Source: Ignavibacteriota bacterium (GTDB lineage: Bacteria; Bacteroidota; Ignavibacteria; UBA10030). From it: a stretch of 64,000 bases of DNA. Under the pieces are notes generated by a model. The model saw only the letters and a list, made by a program, of their open reading frames with translations. It was not told where the DNA came from and did not search any database. Below, piece after piece: positions 1 to 10,145 of the stretch. The DNA lies in the NCBI GenBank assembly GCA_003142475.1, contig PLMK01000006.1:10225-74224 (forward strand), given 5' to 3'. The position numbers were made by a program, and so were the translations under genes. The stretch's first letter is position 1. Each line of letters opens with the position of its first letter.

Positions 1-473
1 TTGCATACTGCCGCAATTCCGCCAATCCTATTGGAAGATTGCTCTTGCTGCTACTCAACTATCGCAGTGAAACAATGATGCATCTTTCGGATTCCATCTG
101 CACGGCATTGCAATTAACAAACTTTTGGCAGGATGTTTCAGAGGATTTACAGAAAGGTCGTATTTATTTTCCTTTAGAAGAATTGGAAGAATTCGGTTAT
201 TCCGAACAAGATTTGTTCAATCAAAAAGTTAATGATCACTTTTGTAATTTAGTGGCGTTTCAAGTACGGCGCACGGCGGAGCTTTTTGTAGAAGGAAAAC
301 CGTTATTGACTATGGTTGGTAAGGATTTATCGATGGAATTGAGACTTACGTGGAACGGCGGCATGAAAATATTACAAAAGATCCATAAACAGAATTATGA
401 CGTATTGACGAAACGCCCAGCACTTTCGAAGCTGGACAAACTGGGACTTCTCTTTCGTTCATTTTTATCGTAA
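1..473 (+). CDS. squalene/phytoene synthase family protein (HpnC-like), 5' end beyond window edge
   Basis: Frame stays open back to nt 3 and reads ...AYCRNSANPIGRLLLLL..., the conserved YCRxSAxPVG block of head-to-head isoprenoid synthases. C-terminal part resembles squalene synthase. It is followed immediately by a second family member. Confidence 0.6.
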   Translation, partial: AYCRNSANPIGRLLLLLLNYRSETMMHLSDSICTALQLTNFWQDVSEDLQKGRIYFPLEELEEFGYSEQDLFNQKVNDHFCNLVAFQVRRTAELFVEGKPLLTMVGKDLSMELRLTWNGGMKILQKIHKQNYDVLTKRPALSKLDKLGLLFRSFLS

Positions 474-482
474 CTTATAACC

Positions 483-1367
483 GTGCAAACAGCAGCATCG
501 GTCATACCGGATTTCTCACAGAATCGGAAGAGTAGTTTCTATTACTCATTCCTCATTTTGCCACGCCCGAAACGCGATGCCATCGAAACTATTTATGCCT
601 TTTGCAGATTTACCGACGACATTGTAGATGAAGTCGGAGACGAGAAAGAAAAATATGCGCTGCTTCTGCAGTGGACAGAAGAGTTGCGGCGCTCACTCTA
701 CGGAATCTCGCACTATTCATTACTAAACAAACTTTCCGCCATCATCAAACGATTCCATATTCCTATTGAACTTTTTTATGAGTTGATTAAGGGAATGGAA
801 ATGGATTTGTTAAACAAGCGCTATAATACATTTTCCGAATTAGAACAATACTGTTACCGCGCTGCTTCTACGGTAGGATTGATTTGTGCGGAAGTATTCG
901 GTTATACAAATGAGAAGACGAAACAATATGCTATCAACCTTGGCATCGCATTACAGTTGACAAATATATTACGAGATATTAAAACCGACGCCAAACGTGG
1001 ACGTATTTATTTGCCGCTCGAAGATTTGAGAAAGTTCGATTATTCTGAAGCTGATTTGTTGAATTCTACATACAACGAACGATTTGTTGAATTGATGAAG
1101 TTCGAGTGCGAACGCGCTCATGAATATTTCCACCGCGCTAAGGGATACCTCGCCGAAGAAGACAAGCCGCTCTTTACTGCAGCTCGCACAATGGGGAATA
1201 TATATTATCTGCTTCTACTTAGGATTGAGCGTGCACGATACGATGTATTTTCTAAGCGCATTCGTCTGTCATCACCGCTCAAGATTCTCATAGCAATGGT
1301 CTTGCAACTGCGTAAAAAGTTCCCCAAAAACTTTCACCGCTATGTGCACACAGAATTGCCTGCATAA
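483..1367 (+). CDS. squalene/phytoene synthase family protein (HpnD/CrtB-like)
   Basis: Carries YCYRAASTVGL, the Asp-rich FCRFTDDIVDE region, and RGRIYLPLEDL. GTG start sits 10 nt after the previous stop, so the tandem arrangement is like hpnC-hpnD. Confidence 0.6.
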   Translation: MQTAASVIPDFSQNRKSSFYYSFLILPRPKRDAIETIYAFCRFTDDIVDEVGDEKEKYALLLQWTEELRRSLYGISHYSLLNKLSAIIKRFHIPIELFYELIKGMEMDLLNKRYNTFSELEQYCYRAASTVGLICAEVFGYTNEKTKQYAINLGIALQLTNILRDIKTDAKRGRIYLPLEDLRKFDYSEADLLNSTYNERFVELMKFECERAHEYFHRAKGYLAEEDKPLFTAARTMGNIYYLLLLRIERARYDVFSKRIRLSSPLKILIAMVLQLRKKFPKNFHRYVHTELPA

Positions 1368-1498
1368 GTAGCAGTGCGAACATTTCCAAAATCCATTGAG
1401 ATTAGGTTTGAGATGACTTTCGTAAAGTCTCAAGATTGCAACTCAATGCAACATTTACTACTTTTCTATCGAACAACTGATTTATAAACGAGGCGTCA

Positions 1499-1882
1499 AT
1501 GAAAAGTACTAGCATCAAAAAACTTTACTATTCCATTAGCGAAGTCAGCAGGATTACAGGATTAGAGCAATATGTTTTACGCTATTGGGAAACTGAATTT
1601 CCTGAACTGAAGCCAGCGAAGAATCGAGCCGGAAACCGCATTTACACAAACAAAGACATTAAGCTTATAATGCACATCAAGCAATTGCTGCGGGATGAGA
1701 AATACACAATCGAAGGTGCCAAGCAGGTGATGAAAGAGTTCACGCCGGAACCAGATACTGGAGAGCAGCTCGAACTTCTCAACGTTCCACAAAAGAAAAA
1801 AATTCAAGACGACGAAATTAAAAAAGAAATGATAGAAGTAAAGGAATTTTTAGAAGAGGTATTAGTGAAGCTGGAAAAGTAA
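1499..1882 (+). CDS. MerR-family transcriptional regulator
   Basis: N-terminal HTH with YYSISEVSRITGLEQYVLRYWE, typical of the MerR family. Short coiled-coil C-terminus and no effector domain. Confidence 0.7.
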   Translation: MKSTSIKKLYYSISEVSRITGLEQYVLRYWETEFPELKPAKNRAGNRIYTNKDIKLIMHIKQLLRDEKYTIEGAKQVMKEFTPEPDTGEQLELLNVPQKKKIQDDEIKKEMIEVKEFLEEVLVKLEK

Positions 1883-1980
1883 CGGAGAATTGATCATCGG
1901 GAAGATTCAGATGCCTTTTATTTCGATGATATAATGTTATTGTTGTAATAGAAATAAAGAAATTTATTTTTAGAGAAGGA

Positions 1981-3270
1981 ATGAAGATGGGCAAAGTTGC
2001 GAAACTCGAATTGGATAACAAAGTATACGAATTTCCAGTTGTTGTAGGTTCAGAGGGTGAACATTCTCTTGATATCTCATCACTTCGGAGTAAAACCGGG
2101 TACATTACTCTTGACGAGGGATATGGAAACACCGGATCATGCCTCAGCAATATTACATTCATTGATGGCGAAAAAGGAATTCTCCGTTATCGCGGCATCC
2201 CTATCGAAGAGCTAGCAGAAAAGTCAACATTTGTGGAGACAGCGTACCTTCTTATTTACGGTAAATTACCAAACTCGCATGAGATGAAGATCTTTTCAAA
2301 CCTTCTCACAAAAAATGAGATGCTTCATGAGGATATGAAACTTCAATTCGAGGGATTCCCTACACATGCTCATCCCATGGCGATCCTTTCATCCATGATT
2401 AACGCTGCAGGTTGCTTTCTTCCCGAAGTATTAAATCCCGACGAGGTTTTTCTGATGCAGGCTGCACGCCTTATTTCTCAAGTGCGAACTATCGCTGCAT
2501 TTTCTTATCGAAAATCGTTAGGGTTGCCAATTATCTATCCAAAACCTCTTTATAAATACACAGCAAACTTTTTGCACATGATGTTCTCTGAACCATACGT
2601 AGACTATGAATTACAACCAGAAGTTGTAAATGCGCTTGATCTTATTTTTCTCTTGCATGCAGATCATGAACAGAATTGCTCTACTTCAACCGTGCGAATG
2701 GTCGCATCAAGTCAAGCTAACTTGTTTGCAAGTGCAGCAGCCGGTGTATGCGCTCTCTGGGGACATCTCCATGGCGGTGCGAATCAGGCTGTTATTGAAA
2801 TGCTTGAGAATATCCATAAATCAGGCGATAACGGATCGAAATTTATTGAAGCGGCAAAAGATAAAACATCTGGAAAACGTTTGATGGGATTTGGTCACCG
2901 GGTATATAAGAATTACGATCCGCGTGCACGAATTATTAAAAAGAAATGTGATGAGTTACTCGCGGTCTTAAAAAGAAACGACCCATTGCTCGATATTGCC
3001 AAACGCTTAGAAGAAGCTGCACTCAGTGATCCCTATTTTATTGAACGGAAACTATATCCTAATGTCGATTTTTATAGCGGTATTATTATGCGGGCGATAG
3101 GAATTCCATTGAGTATGTATACCGTTATGTTTGCCATCGGGCGGATGCCGGGATGGATTGCCAACTTTAAAGAAATCCATGAAGTAAAGGACGGCCGTAT
3201 TTATCGACCACGTCAGGTCTATACGGGACCAACATTGTCTCATTACACACCGTTTCGCGAGCGTCCATAA
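1981..3270 (+). CDS. gltA: citrate synthase
   Basis: [14 protein letters not shown] signature, 429 aa, full-length homology pattern of type II citrate synthase. Confidence 0.9.
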   Translation: MKMGKVAKLELDNKVYEFPVVVGSEGEHSLDISSLRSKTGYITLDEGYGNTGSCLSNITFIDGEKGILRYRGIPIEELAEKSTFVETAYLLIYGKLPNSHEMKIFSNLLTKNEMLHEDMKLQFEGFPTHAHPMAILSSMINAAGCFLPEVLNPDEVFLMQAARLISQVRTIAAFSYRKSLGLPIIYPKPLYKYTANFLHMMFSEPYVDYELQPEVVNALDLIFLLHADHEQNCSTSTVRMVASSQANLFASAAAGVCALWGHLHGGANQAVIEMLENIHKSGDNGSKFIEAAKDKTSGKRLMGFGHRVYKNYDPRARIIKKKCDELLAVLKRNDPLLDIAKRLEEAALSDPYFIERKLYPNVDFYSGIIMRAIGIPLSMYTVMFAIGRMPGWIANFKEIHEVKDGRIYRPRQVYTGPTLSHYTPFRERP

Positions 3271-3524
3271 CATCTTTGTTTCTTTCTATGTATAGGCCTG
3301 AGAACTTTTCAACGTAAGTACCAGAGCCGGATAATGGAAAGCCACTTGAGTTACTGAATGGTCCCCATGAAACGGAAGATCCATAATAAAGAGATTAGGA
3401 GTGCATTGAAAAAAAGTAAGGGAATTCCTGCAAGAGATACTTGATAAACCTAAGAAGTAACGAACACTATACGATCTTCGAGGATGATAGGGATAACGCA
3501 TAGAAAATAGAAAGAGAAACGACT

Positions 3525-4025
3525 TTGCGATGTTTAATCTTTGTTGGAATTCTGGTAGTGTGTTCTTCGTTCGTAACACTTGCACAAAATGATATAGGTT
3601 CGCTTAAATGGCACGAGTGGGAGGAAGGTGTTAGAGAAGCGCACGATTCGGGAAAATTTCTTTTAGTATATGTGTATACAGCTGGACATGAATGGCTCAA
3701 ACGGATGGATCAATCCGTCTATATTCATCCACGCGTGCAGGAATTACTTGCTGCACAATTCGTTCCGACTAAACTTAACGCTGAATCAGAGACTATTATT
3801 GCAAACGGTGCCGATCACTACACTGAACGAGAGTGTGCAAAACTGTTGAATGTCAATTCCTGTCCTACGACACTCGTTTTTAATTCAAACTTTCAGCTTG
3901 TTGCAAGGTTAAACGGCAATAAGAATGCCGATACATTCATCCGTTTCTTGCACTATGTGAGCGGAAAGTACTATAAACGGTACACGTTCGATCAATACTT
4001 GACGCAGGTTCCACCGGAATATTAA
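3525..4025 (+). CDS. secreted thioredoxin-fold protein without CxxC
   Basis: Signal peptide. LLVYVYTAGHEWLKRM occupies the place where thioredoxin_7-like proteins carry WCGWC. Confidence 0.45.
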   Translation: MRCLIFVGILVVCSSFVTLAQNDIGSLKWHEWEEGVREAHDSGKFLLVYVYTAGHEWLKRMDQSVYIHPRVQELLAAQFVPTKLNAESETIIANGADHYTERECAKLLNVNSCPTTLVFNSNFQLVARLNGNKNADTFIRFLHYVSGKYYKRYTFDQYLTQVPPEY

Positions 4026-4061
4026 GACCTCCAATTAGTGTTTTCTGTATCCTACTAGAAC

Positions 4062-5735
4062 TTATTCCCGTGTCAGTCGCTTGTACTTTATTCTATGTGG
4101 CTGGTCGGCATCGATACCGAGTTGTTTCTTCCGATGTTCTTCATACTCAGAGTAATTTCCGTCAAACCATACAACACTGCTATCACCTTCAAACGCGAGA
4201 ATATGAGTTGCTACACGGTCGAGGAACCAGCGGTCGTGCGAAATAACAACAGCACAACCAACAAAATTACCAAGTGCTTCTTCCAGTGCACGCAATGTGT
4301 TCACATCAAGATCGTTAGTCGGTTCGTCAAGTAAAAGTACGTTTGCGCCATCCTTAAGTACTTTAGCAAGATGTACACGATTACGCTCTCCACCGGAGAG
4401 TTTCCCGACCGGCTTTTGCTGGTCAGTTCCGCTAAAATTAAATCTTGCAACGTAGCCGCGCGAGTTTACCTCGCGATTACCGAGCATAATAATATCTTCT
4501 CCGCCAGAAATTTCCTGCCAAATTGTTTTATCGGGTTCAAGCGGCCGCATTTGATCAACGTAGGCAAGTTTTACCGTATCGCCAATTTTGATACTGCCAG
4601 TGTCTGACTTTTCCTGACCGGTAATGAGTTTGAAAAGCGTAGTTTTGCCGGCACCGTTTGGACCAATGACACCAATGATACCGCCGGGTGGAAGAGCAAA
4701 TTCCATATTTTCAAATAGTAATCTCTCACCAAATGCTTTTGATACACCATGTGCTTCGATGACAACATCACCTAAACGTGGACCCGGTGGAATATAAATT
4801 TCCATTTCTTCGTCATGCTTATCAGTTTGTTCGGCAAGCATTTTTTCGTAAGATGCAATGCGTGCTTTGCTTTTATCGTGGCGACCTTTTGGATTTAAGC
4901 GTACCCATTCCAACTCACGTTGCAGTACGCGCTGACGCTTGGATTCCTGCTTTTCTTCCACTTCCAACCGACGTTTCTTTTGATCTAGCCACGAAGAATA
5001 GTTTCCTTCAAATGGAATACCTTCGCCACGGTCCAGTTCTAATATCCATCCTGCGACGTTGTCGAGGAAGTAGCGATCATGTGTAACTGCAATGACGGTT
5101 CCTTTATACAAACCCAAATGATGTTCTAACCATGCCACAGATTCCGCGTCGAGGTGGTTGGTTGGTTCGTCGAGCAATAATACGTCTGGTTCCTGCAATA
5201 ATAGACGACAAAGGGCCACGCGTCGTCGTTCACCACCAGAAAGAATATTCACCGGCGTTTCAGGCGGTGGACAACGCAATGCATCCATTGCTTGTTCCAG
5301 TTTGCTGTCTAAATCCCAAGCGTTGAGATGATCGATTTTTTCTTGAAGTTTGCTTTGTTTTTCCAGCAAAGTATCATAATCAGCATCCGGTTCCGCAAGC
5401 TGAAGATTTACAGTTTCATATTCTTTTACTAGATCGACAATTTCCTGTACTCCTTCTTCTACAATATTTTTAACTGTTTTGGTCGAATCAAGTTCTGGTT
5501 CTTGCGAAAGAAAACCAAATGTAATTCCTTTTTGTGTAGTGATCTCGCCAAGATAGTCTTTGTCGATTCCGGCGATAATGCGCAGGAGCGTACTCTTGCC
5601 GGCACCGTTCAATCCAAGCACACCGATCTTCGCGCCGTAGAAAAAGGAGAGATAAATGTCTTTTAAAATCTGGCGATTTGGTTTAATGACTTTTCCAACA
5701 CCGACCATAGAAAATATTATTTTATTTTCACTCAT
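4062..5735 (-). CDS. ettA: ABC-F ATPase EttA (energy-dependent translational throttle)
   Basis: 557 aa, two ABC cassettes. Near-collinear similarity to E. coli EttA (VGKVIKPNRQILKDIYLSFFYGAKIGVLGLNGAGKSTLLRI..., C-terminal ...KRIKYKRL). Confidence 0.9.
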   Translation of the reverse strand: MSENKIIFSMVGVGKVIKPNRQILKDIYLSFFYGAKIGVLGLNGAGKSTLLRIIAGIDKDYLGEITTQKGITFGFLSQEPELDSTKTVKNIVEEGVQEIVDLVKEYETVNLQLAEPDADYDTLLEKQSKLQEKIDHLNAWDLDSKLEQAMDALRCPPPETPVNILSGGERRRVALCRLLLQEPDVLLLDEPTNHLDAESVAWLEHHLGLYKGTVIAVTHDRYFLDNVAGWILELDRGEGIPFEGNYSSWLDQKKRRLEVEEKQESKRQRVLQRELEWVRLNPKGRHDKSKARIASYEKMLAEQTDKHDEEMEIYIPPGPRLGDVVIEAHGVSKAFGERLLFENMEFALPPGGIIGVIGPNGAGKTTLFKLITGQEKSDTGSIKIGDTVKLAYVDQMRPLEPDKTIWQEISGGEDIIMLGNREVNSRGYVARFNFSGTDQQKPVGKLSGGERNRVHLAKVLKDGANVLLLDEPTNDLDVNTLRALEEALGNFVGCAVVISHDRWFLDRVATHILAFEGDSSVVWFDGNYSEYEEHRKKQLGIDADQPHRIKYKRLTRE

Positions 5736-6142
5736 AATATTATCTTCAGAGAGGGTTTAGTATATATCTACACTTGCAATGTAATAGGAGCAAACTACGC
5801 CTCTGTGTATTTTATCATTATTATTTACTCAGAAATGACGATTGAATACGACATTTGTATAGATAATATACGAAATTCTGTAGAAGGTTATTTGGATGAG
5901 GTTGGAAATTTAAAAAGAAATATTTTCCTGTGTATTACCAATAGTTAACTGATAAGGTTAATATTACGTGTCATCATCTGTTATAAAAATTTGGATTACA
6001 GGTTGCAATGTATAAGGAAGTGTGGCGGATAAACAAGCAATTCAAGAGGGGGGTGATCGCTTGTTTGGATTCGATTAACTTGATGCCAAGTAATGCAAAT
6101 CTCCGCCAGTGACTTCCTAGCTATACAATTTAAAATTATTGG

Positions 6143-6207
6143 CACAGGGTGAGGTGAACCACATTCCTTTCTTCCACCAGAAAAGAAACGTGTTATACCC
6201 TGTGCCT
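6143..6207 (-). terminator. long hairpin downstream of the T9SS protein gene
   Basis: 10-bp inverted repeat ggcacagggt / accctgtgcc enclosing an internally pairing loop, followed on the minus strand by A/T-rich sequence. Confidence 0.4.
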
Positions 6208-6228
6208 ATTACTCATTAAGATGATTCC

Positions 6229-7839
6229 TTATTTTATCAGAACTAGTTTTTTTATGGTAATAAAATTGTCAGCGGTCATTTTATAAAAATATACGCCGCT
6301 TGAAATACCCGAGGCATTAAAAGTTAATGAAGACTGCCCTGCACTTCGTCTCTCGTTCACCAGTGTTGCAACACGTTCACCTACAATATTGAACACTTCT
6401 AAATTGACATAGCTCTTTTTTGGTAATTCAAAAGAAATAGTAGTCGTCGGGTTAAATGGATTTGGATAATTTTGATTGAGTTTATAACTAGTAGGTTGCT
6501 CATTCTCTTGTTGATCAACGGCAGTTGAACCTTTAGGAGCTAAAACACCACTATTTACTAAAGAATAAGTTTTTCCTCCAAGCGCACTATTTACAGAAAG
6601 AGTTGCATCATAATAGACATTGAAACCATTCCCTGTGATGTTGGTAATAGAGGTGCCGGAAATTCCGCTTACGTCACTCAATGTGGATAAGTACGAAGTC
6701 GCTGTAACAATCCATTTACTACTCGCATCGAGGGTCAGAGTTGCTGTATTGGCAATATTTGCTTTATTAATTGCGCCAGTAAATACAGAAGTATCTTGTA
6801 ACGTGATATATGCCTTACTATCAGCATCCACATGGATCAGACCAGACAAGATTTGATTCTTTGCAACAAAATTGGTGATACCTCCGCTTGAAGCCGAGGA
6901 ACCACCCCAGCTACCTTTGATGCATCTAATTAATGTATCGCAACTATTAACAAGAGATACGCCGTTCAATGTATAATGTGCTGTTGAATTGGTATTGTAA
7001 AACATACCACCCGCTGTACCAGTGTAAGTGAACGAACCGCCTGTCATCGTTAAATATCCATCAACTCCGGCAGCATCACCTGACATGCTTTGGTAAAGTA
7101 ATGATCCCCACTTGTTATAAGTACATTTTACAGTACAATTATTAAGTATTATTTTATTTGAGCCTTCTATTACAAGCGCTTCAGCTCCATTTGCTATTAA
7201 TGTTGCATCGGTACAAGTAATTATACCTGTTGAATAGATGGCCGCAGAATTATTTCCGTTTGAGGTATAAGATCCGCCATTGACCGTTATTGTACCTCCA
7301 CCCCTGTCTGTTGCTATGTTGCTCGAGCTGCCGCCAGAAGTTACAGCCGTATCATTATCGACCGTGATAGTTCCTCCGCCACTACACATGATAGCATGGG
7401 CTCCACCTCCTGTCATAGTATATTTATCATTTGTACTTGTGATACTGGCCGTTCCATAAGCAAAAACACCGTTTGCCCCTGAGCCGGTGGTTGTTATCGT
7501 ACAACCCGTAAGTGTAATTTGACCAGCAGAAGTTGCCAATGCACCAGCGTTAAGACCGTAAAAACTGCTGTTATCATTTGAGCTTGAGCTACCGCTTGTC
7601 GATATGGTGCAATTAGTTAAGGAAAGAATGCCGGAATTGAGAACATAAACTGCTGATTGATCGGTTGTAGAAGAAGTAATCGTTTCACCTGTTTTCGCGG
7701 CTGATCCACCATTCAATGTGTAAGTGCCTGCTAATGTATAACTCGTACTTCCACCTCCTGGCTGAGCCGGACTTTGAATTATGATTGCAACAGTTAGTAC
7801 CATCGCAATAACTATTGAACTTTTTAATTGTTTCATTGC
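6229..7839 (-). CDS. T9SS C-terminal-domain secreted protein with Gly/Ser/Thr-rich beta-helix repeats
   Basis: Ends in NYPNPFNPTTTISFELP...KKLVLIK (Por/T9SS sorting domain). The body is low-complexity G/S/T repeats typical of parallel beta-helix adhesins. Likely start is MKQLKSSIVIAMVL (signal peptide) at 7839; the track's longer ORF to 7974 would overlap the next gene. Confidence 0.7.
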   Translation of the reverse strand, partial: AMKQLKSSIVIAMVLTVAIIIQSPAQPGGGSTSYTLAGTYTLNGGSAAKTGETITSSTTDQSAVYVLNSGILSLTNCTISTSGSSSSNDNSSFYGLNAGALATSAGQITLTGCTITTTGSGANGVFAYGTASITSTNDKYTMTGGGAHAIMCSGGGTITVDNDTAVTSGGSSSNIATDRGGGTITVNGGSYTSNGNNSAAIYSTGIITCTDATLIANGAEALVIEGSNKIILNNCTVKCTYNKWGSLLYQSMSGDAAGVDGYLTMTGGSFTYTGTAGGMFYNTNSTAHYTLNGVSLVNSCDTLIRCIKGSWGGSSASSGGITNFVAKNQILSGLIHVDADSKAYITLQDTSVFTGAINKANIANTATLTLDASSKWIVTATSYLSTLSDVSGISGTSITNITGNGFNVYYDATLSVNSALGGKTYSLVNSGVLAPKGSTAVDQQENEQPTSYKLNQNYPNPFNPTTTISFELPKKSYVNLEVFNIVGERVATLVNERRSAGQSSLTFNASGISSGVYFYKMTADNFITIKKLVLIK

Positions 7840-7867
7840 TTTCCACCCTCCTGTAAAATATTTATCG

Positions 7868-8671
7868 TTATTCGTTCCTATCAGGACATTCTTCATGCAT
7901 CGGTCGATCTTGTTCATTCTCGGGTTTTGGCATGCGCGGCGGTCTTTGAGAATTTTTTTTTTGCAGTTCTTCATATTTCTTTTTCTGATTATCCGTTAGT
8001 ACAGCAGAGATTTTTGCATCGGTTTCCTTCCGCTGCTTTTCCATTTTCTCATGCATTGCTTCGCGTTCCTTCTTCATCTCTTCGCGCTTTGCCTCACGAT
8101 CTTTCTTTGCGGATTCGAACATCTTTTTCACTTCTTCACTTTGGGCCTCGAGGATTTTCTGAATTTTTGTTTCTTGATCGCTAGTAAAATTCAATTCTTT
8201 CTTTAACTCTTTCACAAATTCCTCGGGCGGCAGAGGCGGTTGATCCTCTGGCGGTATGTGTCCAAACATTGGCGGTTGACAATGAGTCTCTTCTTGGCGA
8301 CGATTAAATTTTTCACATTGCTTTTTCTGCATTTCTGTAAACGTTTCTTTTTGTTCTTTGGTTAACAAAGCGGTAATTTTTTCATCAGTTTCTTTTTTGA
8401 TTTTCATCATTGCTTCATGCGTTACTTTATATTCGTTTTCCGATGCTTTTGCTAACTTATCCATTTCGACCTTCTTTGCATCCATAATGGCCTTTATTTT
8501 TGCAATTTGTGCATCTGAAAGATTCAGATCTTTTTGAAGCTGTTCAATCCGATCTGGCTGATCTGCCGACGGCATGGGATGAGATTCCCGGGGTTGACCG
8601 TACACATACGTATAAACAATTAGGATGCAAACGACGAAAATCATTGATTTTAAAGCGACTGTATTTTTCAT
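7868..8671 (-). CDS. periplasmic LTXXQ-motif protein (CpxP/Spy-like), two repeats
   Basis: Signal peptide. Two LTXXQ repeats (LTKEQKETFTEMQKK and LTDNQKKKYEELQKK), highly charged helical repeats, and a Pro-rich linker. Confidence 0.65.
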   Translation of the reverse strand: MKNTVALKSMIFVVCILIVYTYVYGQPRESHPMPSADQPDRIEQLQKDLNLSDAQIAKIKAIMDAKKVEMDKLAKASENEYKVTHEAMMKIKKETDEKITALLTKEQKETFTEMQKKQCEKFNRRQEETHCQPPMFGHIPPEDQPPLPPEEFVKELKKELNFTSDQETKIQKILEAQSEEVKKMFESAKKDREAKREEMKKEREAMHEKMEKQRKETDAKISAVLTDNQKKKYEELQKKNSQRPPRMPKPENEQDRPMHEECPDRNE

Positions 8672-8736
8672 AGTTCACCTTTATTTATGTTTTATAGTTT
8701 CTTTGAAAATCATTTCTACTATTTCACAAATTTTTT

Positions 8737-8836
8737 TACAATTATCACTACTAACTTACAACTATCATCCTTCCAATGAGTTAAGAGCAGGATAAATCTT
8801 TGCTAAGAATGAAAAAAGATTGTTAAAATTGTTAAC
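8737..8836 (+). promoter_or_regulatory. conserved ~100-bp cis-element, copy A, upstream of the LTXXQ gene
   Basis: About 80-85% identical to 12988..13089. Core gagttaagagcaggataaatctttgctaagaatgaaaaaagattgttaaaattgttaa, with TGTTAA direct repeats 9 bp apart. Confidence 0.55.
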
Positions 8837-9101
8837 CCTTGTTTAGATAAATCATTGAGCAGCAATATGCTATTGAACTTTTTGTTTAGTTTTTTTTCTT
8901 TCATATTCATCGCTTCATATTCGGAAGAATAACAACCACCATATGCACCAAATGGGCCACAAATGGTTTCATACTAAACATCAAACTGTTTTTTCTACTG
9001 AATGGTTTCTATCGAGTGTAATTCTCACTTTACGATTCATCATTTCGGAATTATACCACACACCCTTTTTTACAGCTATTTTATCTTTCATTTCCAGATG
9101 C

Positions 9102-10085
9102 CTAATTATGAGCTAATGTTACTTGTGTCCATACTTCAATTGGTTCTGATGAATTAGAATCTTTTCCAGCACGACCGCCACCGGATCCTCCTGAACCACC
9201 ACCAGGAGGTGGTCCACCCTGTCCACCGCCAGAGCCACCTGATCCACCACCAGGAGGAGGTCCGCCTTGTCCACCGCCAGGACCGCCACCTCTAGGATCC
9301 ATTCCACTTGAAGAATTATCTTCTGTTTTAAATCCGATGCCAAGAACATTTTTCTTATCTGTAGGAGCAAGTGCCAACGGAAAATCACTTGTCTTATGTA
9401 GCGGTACTTGAAGTTCATACACAAAAACTTTTTGAGTTATCCCAATTTGCACCTTCATGGTTTTTAGCTCGATTGTGGTTTCTTGTTGTATGTCTTTTTC
9501 TTCTGGCCCAAGAAACTGTATTTCGCGTAAAGCACTGTTAAACATTGCCGACATTTTTCCATCATTGCTGCCTAAATTTGGCCTCGACATTATAGTATCC
9601 ATATTGCCGGGCATTGGAGGAGGCATACGGCTTTCATTTCTGTTGTTATCGGAATAATTATCCTCGTCACTATTAATCCCAGGCATTTGTGAAGAACTGC
9701 CATCTTTTTCCTTGTTCATTGGTTTGGTACCTTTAGGACGACCAACCGGAAATTTGATGCCGTACCGCTCATCCGTTCCTCCGGATGGGTCAAACCAGAC
9801 AGTAAATCCACCATCCATAATTTGGCGCCTTACACCTTGATCATAGGAAATGAAACATAGATAGATGTTCTCTGCGTCATTACGAACTCCGATAGTAACA
9901 TTGACTTTTTTCAAGTCATATAAACTTCCCTCCCATTCATTGAATTTACCGTCGATGACAATCTCGGACTTTTTCCAGTCACTGATCAATGGTACAGCAC
10001 TACTGCATCCCAACAATCCCAGCATGCTTATGAACATAAAATTGAGTAAGAATATTGCTGGTATTTGAAATATTCGTCTATTCAT
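9102..10085 (-). CDS. lipoprotein with C-terminal Gly/Pro-rich tandem repeats
   Basis: Probable start MNRRIFQ...LLGCSS (lipobox). C-terminal GGGQGGPPPGGGSGGSGGG occurs twice, encoded by a ~54-bp tandem DNA repeat. Confidence 0.55.
   Translation of the reverse strand: MNRRIFQIPAIFLLNFMFISMLGLLGCSSAVPLISDWKKSEIVIDGKFNEWEGSLYDLKKVNVTIGVRNDAENIYLCFISYDQGVRRQIMDGGFTVWFDPSGGTDERYGIKFPVGRPKGTKPMNKEKDGSSSQMPGINSDEDNYSDNNRNESRMPPPMPGNMDTIMSRPNLGSNDGKMSAMFNSALREIQFLGPEEKDIQQETTIELKTMKVQIGITQKVFVYELQVPLHKTSDFPLALAPTDKKNVLGIGFKTEDNSSSGMDPRGGGPGGGQGGPPPGGGSGGSGGGQGGPPPGGGSGGSGGGRAGKDSNSSEPIEVWTQVTLAHN
9180..9300 (-). repeat. ~54-bp tandem coding repeat (x2) for the Gly/Pro-rich segment
   Basis: Two near-identical units (cctga..ccaccaccaggagg.ggtcc.cc.tgtccaccgcc). 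Lies inside a CDS and has no spacers, so it is not CRISPR. Confidence 0.6.
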
Positions 10086-10145
10086 AATAACTCCTAAAGT
10101 AAGTGAGTGTTCTATTTTATTGTCCAACATTCAAAAGAACAATTA

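Noticed and set aside
2630-2884. 84-aa ORF inside the citrate synthase gene (other frame)
   Set aside because: Fully embedded in a high-confidence conserved CDS and has no independent signals. It is a spurious alternative-frame ORF. The same applies to 3052..3273, 4095..5326, 13739..14221, 33639..33958, 34291..34825 and 37134..37535.
3271-3524. 250-bp gap after gltA inspected for tRNA or ncRNA
   Set aside because: No cloverleaf-compatible stems or conserved tRNA boxes were recognisable by eye. The overlapping minus-strand ORFs (3286..3700) have low-complexity translations.
9180-9300. Tandem repeat considered as a possible CRISPR or minisatellite
   Set aside because: Only two units, no spacers, and it lies in frame inside a CDS encoding the Gly/Pro-rich tail. 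It is a coding tandem duplication.
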